Of a stretch of DNA of 64,000 nt, positions 54,152-61,987 are shown one piece after another; the stretch's first letter is position 1, and every line of letters begins with the position of its first letter. This DNA is from a virus (taxonomy: Duplodnaviria; Caudoviricetes), in the IMG/VR virus record IMGVR_UViG_3300031965_000023, positions 1,362 through 65,361 of that record. The stretch is one strand, 5' to 3'. The translations under genes were made by a program, and so were the position numbers. The notes beneath the pieces are model-generated. The model ran no database searches. It was not told the origin of the DNA and saw only the letters and a program-made list of their open reading frames with translations.

Positions 54152-54514
54152 AATAGTTAGAAGTAATTCTCTTTTTGTATCTAGTTCGTCGGGGAAAGCA
54201 TTCACGGAAGACTCAAATTCCGGGAAGGTAGAAGGGACAATCTCATCAAAATTTGTAGAAATTACATTCTCATCCTCCTCATCAATCGAGACGAAATACT
54301 CTTCAAAAGGATTAGGGCAAGAACAACCAGCACTCGTTCCCCAAAAAATTTGACCCGAAGGAAGGTACTGGAATACTATTAAGGTATGAAACTCATGATC
54401 AAGACTTGATTCATCTAATCCACCAAGCATCTTGAATCGACCCATGAGTTTCTTTTTTTCTTCGTTATACTGGTATATGTAACCAATCTCATCCCCACTG
54501 AATGTAATTTTCAT
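54119..54514 (-). CDS. hypothetical protein
   Basis: 131 aa with RBS; 3' end overlaps the tRNA-Met. Confidence 0.6.
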   Translation of the reverse strand: MKITFSGDEIGYIYQYNEEKKKLMGRFKMLGGLDESSLDHEFHTLIVFQYLPSGQIFWGTSAGCSCPNPFEEYFVSIDEEDENVISTNFDEIVPSTFPEFESSVNAFPDELDTKRELLLTIRSMIRDPEGS

Positions 54515-54526
54515 TTTTCCTCCTGA

Positions 54527-54602
54527 TGGTTGGACCTTAGCGAATCGAACGCTATTCTCACGCTCTTCAGGCGTGCGCTATCACCAGACTAGCTCAGGTC
54601 CA
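54527..54602 (-). tRNA. tRNA-Phe(GAA)
   Basis: CACGC-CTGAAGA-GCGTG; CCA. Confidence 0.92.
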
Positions 54603-54605
54603 ATA

Positions 54606-54680
54606 TGGTAGCCCCTGCCGGACTTGAACCGGCATCTGCAATGGTTAAAAGCCACGCGCTTTGCATTAAGCTAAGGGGCA
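54606..54680 (-). tRNA. tRNA-Lys(TTT)
   Basis: CGTGG-CTTTTAA-CCATT; U1/U72 mismatch; CCA. Confidence 0.88.
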
Positions 54681-54793
54681 AGATTATCTAAATCCAGGGT
54701 TCTGATCATCATGCGTGCCAGTACCCGGTGGGGGAAGGAAGATACAACCTAGAATAAAAAGAAAAACTATAATACCTATAATCCAAGTCCAAG

Positions 54794-55036
54794 TCATACT
54801 CCCACCTTTATCTCTTTATGATACACCCATCTTTCTGGGATAACCATATCTGATGGAAAATTAATGTGTTGTGGAACAAAAATCCACTCATCGGGATGGT
54901 CGCGTCTCTCGCACTTTAATTTTGTGATTGTCTCGGGAAAGTGAGGGAGACCACTGTAAATATCATATTTTGTGGGCGGAGTAGTCACTCTCAATTGAAG
55001 TGGCAGCCCACACGTCGCACAAAATTTTGGTCTCAT
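54794..55036 (-). CDS. hypothetical protein
   Basis: 80 aa; CATCG. Confidence 0.45.
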   Translation of the reverse strand: MRPKFCATCGLPLQLRVTTPPTKYDIYSGLPHFPETITKLKCERRDHPDEWIFVPQHINFPSDMVIPERWVYHKEIKVGV

Positions 55037-55452
55037 ATGTCTCCTAGCTCTTTAAATAATCCTACTTCATCAATAAATACTTTTGTTGCAAATTTGTACA
55101 TTACGTCCCACCTTTCAGGTTCAGTAGGAATAAGAATATATCCAGGCTTACCCTGTCCAATCATGTAACCAAACTCAAGATGACCCGACTTTCCAGCGGG
55201 CAAAAGCATAACGGCGGCGTCGCAACGATCAAGGTGGAAACGGTCATACTGGAAAACGTGCCCCGCAGCATAACCGACGAGTCCTTCCGTGTAGTTGTGC
55301 CCTCTATCCTGTTCGTATCGTTGCCAGTAGTCATCGGCTTCTGGTCCGGCTGCGACCCAATCATCAAATACCTCGTGTCCTAATGCACGAATTTTTTGTG
55401 CGAGGATTGGAACTTGTGGATTCCGCAAAGAACCAATCAAGTAAAACTTCAT
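55033..55452 (-). CDS. nucleoside 2-deoxyribosyltransferase-like protein
   Basis: FYLIGS, DRFHLDRCDAAV, GKSGHLEFGY...GKP. Confidence 0.7.
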   Translation of the reverse strand: MKFYLIGSLRNPQVPILAQKIRALGHEVFDDWVAAGPEADDYWQRYEQDRGHNYTEGLVGYAAGHVFQYDRFHLDRCDAAVMLLPAGKSGHLEFGYMIGQGKPGYILIPTEPERWDVMYKFATKVFIDEVGLFKELGDI

Positions 55453-55466
55453 TATTACTCCTAAGT

Positions 55467-55542
55467 TGGTACGCCCGGAGGGATTCGAACCCCCACCGCA
55501 TAGGTTCTAAGCCTATCGCCTCTGCCGTTGGGCTACGGGCGC
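55467..55542 (-). tRNA. tRNA-Leu(TAG), short variable loop
   Basis: ATAGG-CTTAGAA-CCTAT; CCA. Confidence 0.92.
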
Positions 55543-55543
55543 T

Positions 55544-56308
55544 CTATACCTCTTCATATCTAGTCTCCACGATTTCAACCCCATCTTGTTCTACAATTTG
55601 ATAATCTCCAAAAATATGCGGAGATGCATCTTTCAGTATCCGACACACTTCAACTGCAACGGTGCGGATTTCAGCATCGGCAAAAACAGACCCGCGTACT
55701 TCAATGAAATGTCGCCACGCCCGAGCGTTTCCTGTTACAAAGATTTTAGTTCGTGTCGCATTGGGGAGGACGGCTCGGGCGGCTTGCCTCGCCATCTTAC
55801 GCCGTTGAGTTGCATTTTCAATATGTTTGAATCGTAATTCCAAGTTACTGACAAGGACAGCATACGCTGTTCGAGCCGATTGTGTTGCCCGCATAAACGT
55901 GCCATGCATACTCTCATCTGCTGCAATATCTGGTGGCTCGATCACGCCAGCATCAGACTCATCTACATATCGTTGCGAAAGTTGAGAGAAGGATAAATGT
56001 CGGTGCCGGACAAGTTCGTGTGTAAAAGATCGAGAGACGTTTGTGAAAATAAAGCCGAAAACTGCGTGCTCCAACACCGAGCCGTGGCCAACGTCAAGAA
56101 TATGCTTGATAAATTCTTGATTAGATTTGCGGCCCTTTCCATAAGACATATAGCAAAGTCGTCCTGCGATTTCTACGATTCCATCGGTATCCGCTAATTT
56201 AGCGTCCGGCCCCATGAGAGAAGGAAGATCCTCATCTATTCTAAAATCTGCAAGACGATCTAAGTCGAAATGCATTTGACTGACAAGATAAATCTTAGGT
56301 GTGTACAC
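55544..56308 (-). CDS. thyX: flavin-dependent thymidylate synthase
   Basis: GHGSVLEH, HELVRHRHLSFSQLSQRY, GNARAWRHF, AEIR. Confidence 0.96.
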   Translation of the reverse strand: MYTPKIYLVSQMHFDLDRLADFRIDEDLPSLMGPDAKLADTDGIVEIAGRLCYMSYGKGRKSNQEFIKHILDVGHGSVLEHAVFGFIFTNVSRSFTHELVRHRHLSFSQLSQRYVDESDAGVIEPPDIAADESMHGTFMRATQSARTAYAVLVSNLELRFKHIENATQRRKMARQAARAVLPNATRTKIFVTGNARAWRHFIEVRGSVFADAEIRTVAVEVCRILKDASPHIFGDYQIVEQDGVEIVETRYEEV

Positions 56309-56432
56309 TGTGTTTTATCCTTTTGGCACATTTTTCAATTGCTTCTGCAACGAGTTTAATGTCCCACTCTTCATCAACCCGCAAAGAAATATCTTGTCTA
56401 TATATCTGCTCTGTGGCGGAAAACAGTGTTTT

Positions 56433-56666
56433 TCATTCTGTCCCCATCACAGGAGAATCAGCAAGATCAAAATACTTTTCGATACATTTTCTGATTTCAC
56501 CTGCACTTGCTGGCCCCGACATCAATGAAGAGAGATCTATCACTGCATTCATATTTTTTTGTTGTTTTAATCTTTTGATAGCCTCAGTCCCTAGATCTTT
56601 CATTGTGCGTCGCCCTACCCTTGCAAAAATTCTATTTCGTAAAATAATCTCCCTCTTACTCATCAT
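56433..56666 (-). CDS. hypothetical protein
   Basis: 77 aa. Confidence 0.4.
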   Translation of the reverse strand: MMSKREIILRNRIFARVGRRTMKDLGTEAIKRLKQQKNMNAVIDLSSLMSGPASAGEIRKCIEKYFDLADSPVMGTE

Positions 56667-56700
56667 CTACCACATAATCTGCCCATCCAGCCCACTGAAG

Positions 56701-56904
56701 TCATTCAACTAACTGTTCTGCAAGAGATCGTATATCACTTCGTATTTCCTTAGATATATTCATTCCTTTTTGTAAGCTAGCAATTTTTTTATCGCGCGTT
56801 GCTAGTTTTCTCTCTAGTGCAGCAACTTCTTTTTGGAGGGCAGTAATGGCAGCATCGTTTATTGCGGTCAATTGTTCTTTTGTTAGATTTACCTTCAAGT
56901 CCAT
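56701..56904 (-). CDS. hypothetical coiled-coil protein
   Basis: 67 aa. Confidence 0.45.
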   Translation of the reverse strand: MDLKVNLTKEQLTAINDAAITALQKEVAALERKLATRDKKIASLQKGMNISKEIRSDIRSLAEQLVE

Positions 56905-56916
56905 ACTATTCCTTTC

Positions 56917-56993
56917 TGGTAGCCCCCGTGGGGCTCGAACCCACGACCCCCACCTTGTAAGGGTGATGCTCTCCCAATCTGAGCTAGAGGGCT
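56917..56993 (-). tRNA. tRNA-Val(TAC)
   Basis: TCACC-CTTACAA-GGTGG; CCA. Confidence 0.93.
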
Positions 56994-56998
56994 ATATC

Positions 56999-57196
56999 TT
57001 AAGATTTTGCTTTGAAGAATCCACCAACAGCGCTCAGGATTAAACTTGCAGCAAGACCCTGCCAAAAATTAATGATCGGCAGATTAAAAATGCCATGCAA
57101 TAGCATATTCCATGCCCACATGATAATCACACCAGAGAGCGCGTATAGTCCCAAGACAAGGAGAATCCCGCCTGCTAACACAAAAATATGAATCAT
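56999..57196 (-). CDS. small membrane protein
   Basis: Two TM helices. Confidence 0.5.
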   Translation of the reverse strand: MIHIFVLAGGILLVLGLYALSGVIIMWAWNMLLHGIFNLPIINFWQGLAASLILSAVGGFFKAKS

Positions 57197-57209
57197 TTCT
57201 TTCCTTTCA

Positions 57210-57284
57210 TGGAGCCGAACCGGGGTCTCGAACCCCGAATTGCTGATTACAAGTCAGCGGGTATGCCGGTTTACCTAGATCGGC
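57210..57284 (-). tRNA. tRNA-Thr(TGT)
   Basis: GCTGA-CTTGTAA-TCAGC; CCA. Confidence 0.9.
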
Positions 57285-57290
57285 AAGTAC

Positions 57291-57431
57291 GTGCGATGTT
57301 ATATCTTGTGCTAGGTGATTCTCTTGAGGCCCAAAGAAGAGCACCGCGAGTCAGCGTTTTCCTCTTATAACTCTGATTATTCGCGCCAGCTACGGCAGAT
57401 ATCAACAGAGGATATATCGTTCTCATCGCAC
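57291..57431 (-). ncRNA. unassigned structured RNA, copy B
   Basis: Closing helix GTGCGATG/CATCGCAC, then AGAACGA, helix TATAT/ATATA; shares motifs with 58574-58690. Confidence 0.72.
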
Positions 57432-57435
57432 TTAT

Positions 57436-57512
57436 TGGTAGCGCCTATGGGGCTTGAACCCACTAAGACGGGATTGAAAGTCCCGGTGCTCGACCACTTT
57501 GCATTAGGCGCT
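57436..57512 (-). tRNA. tRNA-Glu(TTC)
   Basis: CGGGA-CTTTCAA-TCCCG; CCA. Confidence 0.9.
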
Positions 57513-57519
57513 ATTTGTA

Positions 57520-57792
57520 TCACGACTTTTTTGTTTCTTTCTTAACCCGCACAAATTTATAACTGTTACTGTCATACACAAACCCAAGAGCAGATGCCAA
57601 CTGATGAAGCATCTGACGTAGTTCCCAGGAATTATCAACCAGCACCGGGGAAGGATTCATGGGGAGAAGGACTTCTACTTTTTGTGCAGTAAAGTGGCCG
57701 TCATACACGTACCCTAGTGCGCGGTATAATGCTTCTACTTTATTCACTGCGCTTACTGCCCTCTGTAAATCTGTTTTTTCATACCTGTTCAT
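57520..57792 (-). CDS. hypothetical protein
   Basis: 90 aa with RBS. Confidence 0.5.
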   Translation of the reverse strand: MNRYEKTDLQRAVSAVNKVEALYRALGYVYDGHFTAQKVEVLLPMNPSPVLVDNSWELRQMLHQLASALGFVYDSNSYKFVRVKKETKKS

Positions 57793-57811
57793 CTCTTTTC
57801 CTTTCTTTATA

Positions 57812-57886
57812 TTGCCCTACCGGGCCTCGAACCCGGAACCTCTCCATTATAAGTGAAGTGCTCTTTCCAAGTTGAGCTATAGGGCG
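57812..57886 (-). tRNA. tRNA-Ile(TAT), C1/A72 mismatch, no CCA
   Basis: CTTCA-CTTATAA-TGGAG; CGCCCTA/TAGGGCA. Confidence 0.85.
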
Positions 57887-57889
57887 GGG

Positions 57890-58117
57890 CTATCTTTCAC
57901 TCTCGGGAGTGAGCAAAAGTTCATTTAGAAATTCTCTAATCTCTGGTTCCAATGGCAAATCTAAACAATACTGTATATGATTGTCTTCGATATTACAGTC
58001 TGCTAATACAATGTGTGCATTACTAAATTGTGCTTCTGGGAATTTATCGTTGAAGTCTTCAATCTTATCATATGTAGACTGTTTTAATACACCACCATCT
58101 ACACACCCTTGACACAT
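57890..58117 (-). CDS. hypothetical protein
   Basis: 75 aa; MCQGC. Confidence 0.5.
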   Translation of the reverse strand: MCQGCVDGGVLKQSTYDKIEDFNDKFPEAQFSNAHIVLADCNIEDNHIQYCLDLPLEPEIREFLNELLLTPESER

Positions 58118-58138
58118 AGTTCCTCCATTATATTTCTG

Positions 58139-58210
58139 CTCCGGGGCTAGGATTCGAACCTAAATTCACGGGGTCAAGGCCCGTTTTCCTGCCTATTAGA
58201 AGACCCCGGA
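58139..58210 (-). tRNA. tRNA-Gln(TTG), C33, no CCA
   Basis: ACGGG-CCTTGAC-CCCGT; TCCGGGG/CCCCGGA. Confidence 0.85.
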
Positions 58211-58211
58211 A

Positions 58212-58286
58212 TGGCACAGACCGTAGGAATCGAACCCACCCACAAACGTTTGGAGCGTCTATCGCCACCTTGGGACATGGGCCTGC
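58212..58286 (-). tRNA. tRNA-Trp(CCA)
   Basis: AGACG-CTCCAAA-CGTTT; CCA end. Confidence 0.85.
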
Positions 58287-58475
58287 TTAAGCCATTAACG
58301 GTTGAGTTTTATCAGGCACTACAATAGTATACTTTCCCCACTCTAGTTCTAGAATCGAATCATTTTCTAAATGAAATTCAATTTTATCCCCAGACTGGAT
58401 TAGTGTGCATTCGCCTTTTATAACTTTCGTCCCCTCGGTGTGGGAAGGGTGGATGCTAACAATTACTTCTGTCAT
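58287..58475 (-). CDS. hypothetical protein
   Basis: Start at MTEVIVS. Confidence 0.4.
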   Translation of the reverse strand: MTEVIVSIHPSHTEGTKVIKGECTLIQSGDKIEFHLENDSILELEWGKYTIVVPDKTQPLMA

Positions 58476-58489
58476 TCTTTCCTTTCTTT

Positions 58490-58562
58490 TGGACCGGATG
58501 GGAATCGAACCCACCGCAGATTACTTGCAAGGCATTCTCGCCTCCTTGGTACATGCCAGCCC
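58490..58562 (-). tRNA. tRNA-Ala(TGC), no CCA
   Basis: G3.U70 identity pair; loop CTTGCAA. Confidence 0.85.
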
Positions 58563-58573
58563 AGAATATAAGA

Positions 58574-58690
58574 TGGAGTGTTATGGTTTGAGCCAGATGA
58601 TTAAATAGGATTCCTGGCGCTCCGTTTCCCCTGCTATGCCTATTTCAGACCGGACGGACGAGCTTCAGAGGCCATATCGTTCTCACTCCA
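58574..58690 (-). ncRNA. unassigned structured RNA, copy A
   Basis: Closing helix TGGAGTG/CACTCCA, then AGAACGA, helix TATGG/CCATA, internal helix AAATAGG/CCTATTT. Confidence 0.72.
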
Positions 58691-58693
58691 ATT

Positions 58694-58778
58694 TGGTGCC
58701 AGCGGCAGGATTCGAACCTACTCACCCGAAAGACCTGTTTTACAGACAGGCGCAACTCTCCCGCGTTACCGCGCTGGC
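58694..58778 (-). tRNA. tRNA-Tyr(GTA)
   Basis: CCTGT-CTGTAAA-ACAGG; long variable arm; CCA. Confidence 0.92.
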
Positions 58779-58781
58779 GTG

Positions 58782-58871
58782 CGGAGGGTGTAGGATTCGA
58801 ACCCACATAGCGTGGTATTAGCACGCTCTCCCGTTTTCGAGACGTTGAGCTACGCCGGTAGCAGACCCTCC
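58782..58871 (-). tRNA. tRNA-Ser(CGA), no CCA
   Basis: GGAGGGT/ACCCTCC, G73, long variable arm; anticodon stem has two A.G mismatches. Confidence 0.8.
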
Positions 58872-58881
58872 ATACGATATG

Positions 58882-58952
58882 AGCGGATAGAAGGAATCGA
58901 ACCTTCGTCGCTAGTTTGGAAGACTAGAGCATAGCCATTCTGCCATACCCGC
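58882..58952 (-). tRNA. tRNA-Gly(TCC), no CCA
   Basis: CTAGT-CTTCCAA-ACTAG; U73. Confidence 0.9.
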
Positions 58953-58975
58953 TTTGGGTACGATCATACCCACTT

Positions 58976-59054
58976 TGGGGTGACAGGTCGGGATCGAACC
59001 GACTAGACCGTGCCTTCACAGGGCAGGGGCTCACCCATTTTGCCTTCTGTCACC
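58976..59054 (-). tRNA. tRNA-His(GTG) with encoded G-1
   Basis: G-1:C73; loop CTGTGAA; CCA. Confidence 0.9.
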
Positions 59055-59060
59055 ATTAAT

Positions 59061-59138
59061 TGGTGGGGAAGGCAGGATTCGAACCTGCGACCGCCTGCTT
59101 CCAAGGCAGGCACGCTGTCCTGGCTGCGCTACTTCCCC
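59061..59138 (-). tRNA. tRNA-Pro(TGG)
   Basis: CCTGC-CTTGGAA-GCAGG; CCA. Confidence 0.93.
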
Positions 59139-59930
59139 TCATAGTCCTCGGCATTTATATCCGTAGAGCAGGATTTGTTCTACTAGATGTTCTGGTGGAC
59201 GCTCTTGAAGTGTTGAATGTTTGAAACTATCTTCCGCAGCCTTTATTAACTGATTGGCCTCCTGATGGACCTGTTCGAGTGTCCATTCCCCCCGCTTGAT
59301 GGCTTTAAGTCGTTCAGCATCATATCGGTACACAATACAAACATTCGTGTTCAGAAACTCAATTGCCATTCTCATGAGACGGATAAGATGGGCTGCGTTT
59401 TTCGTGTCATACCCAAATTGCTCTACAAGTGCTTTCCGCTTGGCCCCCATATATCCTTGATGGGCGTTATGTGTCATTTTGTACAGTTGACCTTTGGCAT
59501 AACCCATGAATGAATGATATACTTGTTTGGAGATAAATACATCCCTCTGCGCAATTAAACTCCGCATAGGTTCTGCGTCTGAGAGATACATATCTTCAGG
59601 ACGCAAGTATAGGGTTCCAATTACATTAGGGTTCGACTTCATCAGAAGCCGGATATATTTATTCCACGAATACACGACACAATCAATCTCTTCTACCTTC
59701 ATTGTCCCATGGTCGAATTGACGAAGCCCAAGAATACGTTCACGGGGTGGGATGACGATTGCCATGAAATCAACATCATCAATCCCAGTCGGGTCAACAG
59801 GAGGGATATACGTTCCATGACTATGACTTCCGACACGGAAAAGAGCGGCAAGGTGAGGGGTTAATGAAAAGTTTTCCTGTTTTCTCCAAAGAAGGTCAAG
59901 GCGTGGAAGGTAGTCTTGCACTTGTCTCAT
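59139..59930 (-). CDS. Pol-beta superfamily nucleotidyltransferase (PF10127 RlaP/YcgL-like)
   Basis: RVGSHSHG, DDVDF, KSNPNVI..L, YDTKNAAHLIRL, IKRGEW. Confidence 0.8.
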   Translation of the reverse strand: MRQVQDYLPRLDLLWRKQENFSLTPHLAALFRVGSHSHGTYIPPVDPTGIDDVDFMAIVIPPRERILGLRQFDHGTMKVEEIDCVVYSWNKYIRLLMKSNPNVIGTLYLRPEDMYLSDAEPMRSLIAQRDVFISKQVYHSFMGYAKGQLYKMTHNAHQGYMGAKRKALVEQFGYDTKNAAHLIRLMRMAIEFLNTNVCIVYRYDAERLKAIKRGEWTLEQVHQEANQLIKAAEDSFKHSTLQERPPEHLVEQILLYGYKCRGL

Positions 59931-59931
59931 C

Positions 59932-60327
59932 TTACCTCCATCGATCTCTCGGGTGCATCAAAAATTCAAAATGTGGATACTTATCTTCTGGATAAGGAAT
60001 TTCAAGATGAGGACAGATATGAATAAATTTCGTTTCTAGAGTGATAGTTTCATACCGAATTGGAAACTTTTGAACAAACCATTGAGGCATGCATTCACTC
60101 TTGAACATCTGCCACCAATCACGAGGCCGAAGAATAGTTTGGTGCTCAGAATGAATCTTGTTCCCCGCAAAATATCCTGTTACTTGCAGAATAAATTCAT
60201 CCACCATATCTTTCATTTCAAATTTAAGTTGCCGAGAAAATGTACCCCGAAGATAAAATGGGATTTTTTCTGCACGAAAAGATGCTAAGTTACTGAATAA
60301 CATTTCCGTCTTTGTCTCGATTCCCAC
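59932..60327 (-). CDS. hypothetical protein
   Basis: 131 aa. Confidence 0.5.
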   Translation of the reverse strand: MGIETKTEMLFSNLASFRAEKIPFYLRGTFSRQLKFEMKDMVDEFILQVTGYFAGNKIHSEHQTILRPRDWWQMFKSECMPQWFVQKFPIRYETITLETKFIHICPHLEIPYPEDKYPHFEFLMHPRDRWR

Positions 60328-60982
60328 CCTTGTACTCCTTGTCTCCCTCCACCGTCGCCTTAAATAGTGCTTGGCTGGCTTTGTGGTAAATCACGATGCC
60401 TTCAGGGTTCATATAGCCAGGAACAGCAGCAGACCCTCGTTCTCTCAAATCATTGAGGACTAGCGGAGGCATAAAATTTCCCGCCGCCTCATTGATCCAT
60501 GGTCCTTCGTACAGGACAGGAACAGCATCTACATTATGAAGTTGACCGAGAATCCATGCAGTCTCTAGGCCATTCTCTTTTCCTCCCCTCCCCCACCGAG
60601 CCGTATTGAAAAGTGAAAACCGCCGCTCTGCAAGTCCATATCCTCGATTGATCCCTACCCCCCACCATTCACCAAAATGAAGACCGGGACCAAGAGCTTC
60701 AGCAAGTTTCTCTCTATTCTGCTCTACCCACGCAGCGAATCCATAATTATCATCGTGTGGACTGATCACTCGGGTGCGGCTCTGGGCATAGACTCGTCCA
60801 TCTTCTGTAACGCCAATCGCTGCATTTGTTCCATCAATTTTCTCGGTGATCACGATGTCTCGATTAAAACGAGAGATTTTGCCGAATTCACTAAAGGGAG
60901 GGGATCCAGCAATATACTGCCGGTGTGTTTGTTCCATCGCTTCTCTAGCTACTCGTTTCGCTTCTTTCCGGTTGGGGTCCAT
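60290..60982 (-). CDS. ATP-dependent RNA ligase (Rnl2-like nucleotidyltransferase domain)
   Basis: Motif I TEKIDGTN, SRTR, FGEW, FSLF, PVLYEG, PEGIV, FKA. Confidence 0.88.
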   Translation of the reverse strand: MDPNRKEAKRVAREAMEQTHRQYIAGSPPFSEFGKISRFNRDIVITEKIDGTNAAIGVTEDGRVYAQSRTRVISPHDDNYGFAAWVEQNREKLAEALGPGLHFGEWWGVGINRGYGLAERRFSLFNTARWGRGGKENGLETAWILGQLHNVDAVPVLYEGPWINEAAGNFMPPLVLNDLRERGSAAVPGYMNPEGIVIYHKASQALFKATVEGDKEYKGGNRDKDGNVIQ

Positions 60983-61544
60983 ACGCTTCCTTTCTTATTG
61001 TTTGAATCATTTTTGTGAATGCTAGTGCCGATGCTCGCGCATCTCCGAGTGCTTCATGAGTACCGTTCTCTCGGGTAGGTGCAACCTTATAGTATCCAAA
61101 AACTAAATCACCGCTCACACCTTTTAGATTCAAGAGACCGGCATACCGGAGAGCGACGGCGAGCCCTTGTGTACAAACAACGCGGTGAGAGAAGTGGTAC
61201 TTGGCGTTAGCGAGCCGGTATAATCTCTGGAGGAAGGCAACATCGAATTGTACGTTGTGACCGCCTAGCTCGACTTGTCCGCGCATGTCGTTATTGAGAA
61301 GGAAGTTCTCTAGAGCCTGTACAGCAGCAACAGGGTTGACTCCTGCAAGTTCATGTTCTTTAATGTTGATCCCGTTCACTTTAAGTGCTTGTTCTTCTGC
61401 AACAATTGTTGGTTCTGTGATTTTAATCTCGATCTCATCAACCACAAATCCATCTGCCCAGACAACTGCACCGAGCGAGAGGATACTGTGTTTGGTCGGG
61501 TCGAGCCCTCCCGTTTCGCAATCGATAAAAAGAATTTTATTCAC
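60945..61544 (-). CDS. DEDDh 3'-5' exonuclease (DnaQ/RNase T-like)
   Basis: FIDCETGGLD, GHNVQFDVAFL, HEALGDA; GTG start behind GGAGG. Confidence 0.85.
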   Translation of the reverse strand: MNKILFIDCETGGLDPTKHSILSLGAVVWADGFVVDEIEIKITEPTIVAEEQALKVNGINIKEHELAGVNPVAAVQALENFLLNNDMRGQVELGGHNVQFDVAFLQRLYRLANAKYHFSHRVVCTQGLAVALRYAGLLNLKGVSGDLVFGYYKVAPTRENGTHEALGDARASALAFTKMIQTIRKEAYGPQPERSETSS

Positions 61545-61987
61545 TAAACCTCCCCCGTTTCTATCATCTTTCGAAGTCGTGTAGCGCGTGGGCCAACCTG
61601 TGTTGCCCACTTTGAGTCCATCATCTCAATCCCTGCTTTGCTCCAAGCCTCTTGATTTACCGCTGCAATAAACTTTTTGAATCCAGCGAGACGATTACCG
61701 AGGTTGAAAGCCATATTTACTAGCGCACGTATGCGCGTTTCTTGGCCTGGATAATTCTTCATTTCGAGAAAAAGTCGGGAAACAATGTCTTCTGCAACAT
61801 TTATATCTGATTCAAGAAGGGCCATTGCTTCACTCTGAGTAATTTTTGTCATTCGCTCTTCCGCGCCAAGAAGATGACCCACCCCAATCGTCCAGAGTCC
61901 GACGGTATCTTTATAAGGTACTAGACAAATACCTTCATCACGTATTAATTCTTCTTTCAATTTACTCCGATTTATCACTATTCTCAT
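61544..61987 (-). CDS. phage lysozyme (GH24, T4-like)
   Basis: ELIRDEG...YKDTVG.WTIGVGH (E-x8-D-x5-T triad), LVNMAFNLG. Confidence 0.92.
   Translation of the reverse strand: MRIVINRSKLKEELIRDEGICLVPYKDTVGLWTIGVGHLLGAEERMTKITQSEAMALLESDINVAEDIVSRLFLEMKNYPGQETRIRALVNMAFNLGNRLAGFKKFIAAVNQEAWSKAGIEMMDSKWATQVGPRATRLRKMIETGEV

Noticed and set aside
58574-58690. Hammerhead, theta/HDV ribozyme, SRP RNA or tmRNA
   Set aside because: CTGA and GAAAC words occur but not in hammerhead geometry. There is no nested HDV double pseudoknot, no SRP domain IV, and no tmRNA alanyl end or tag ORF.
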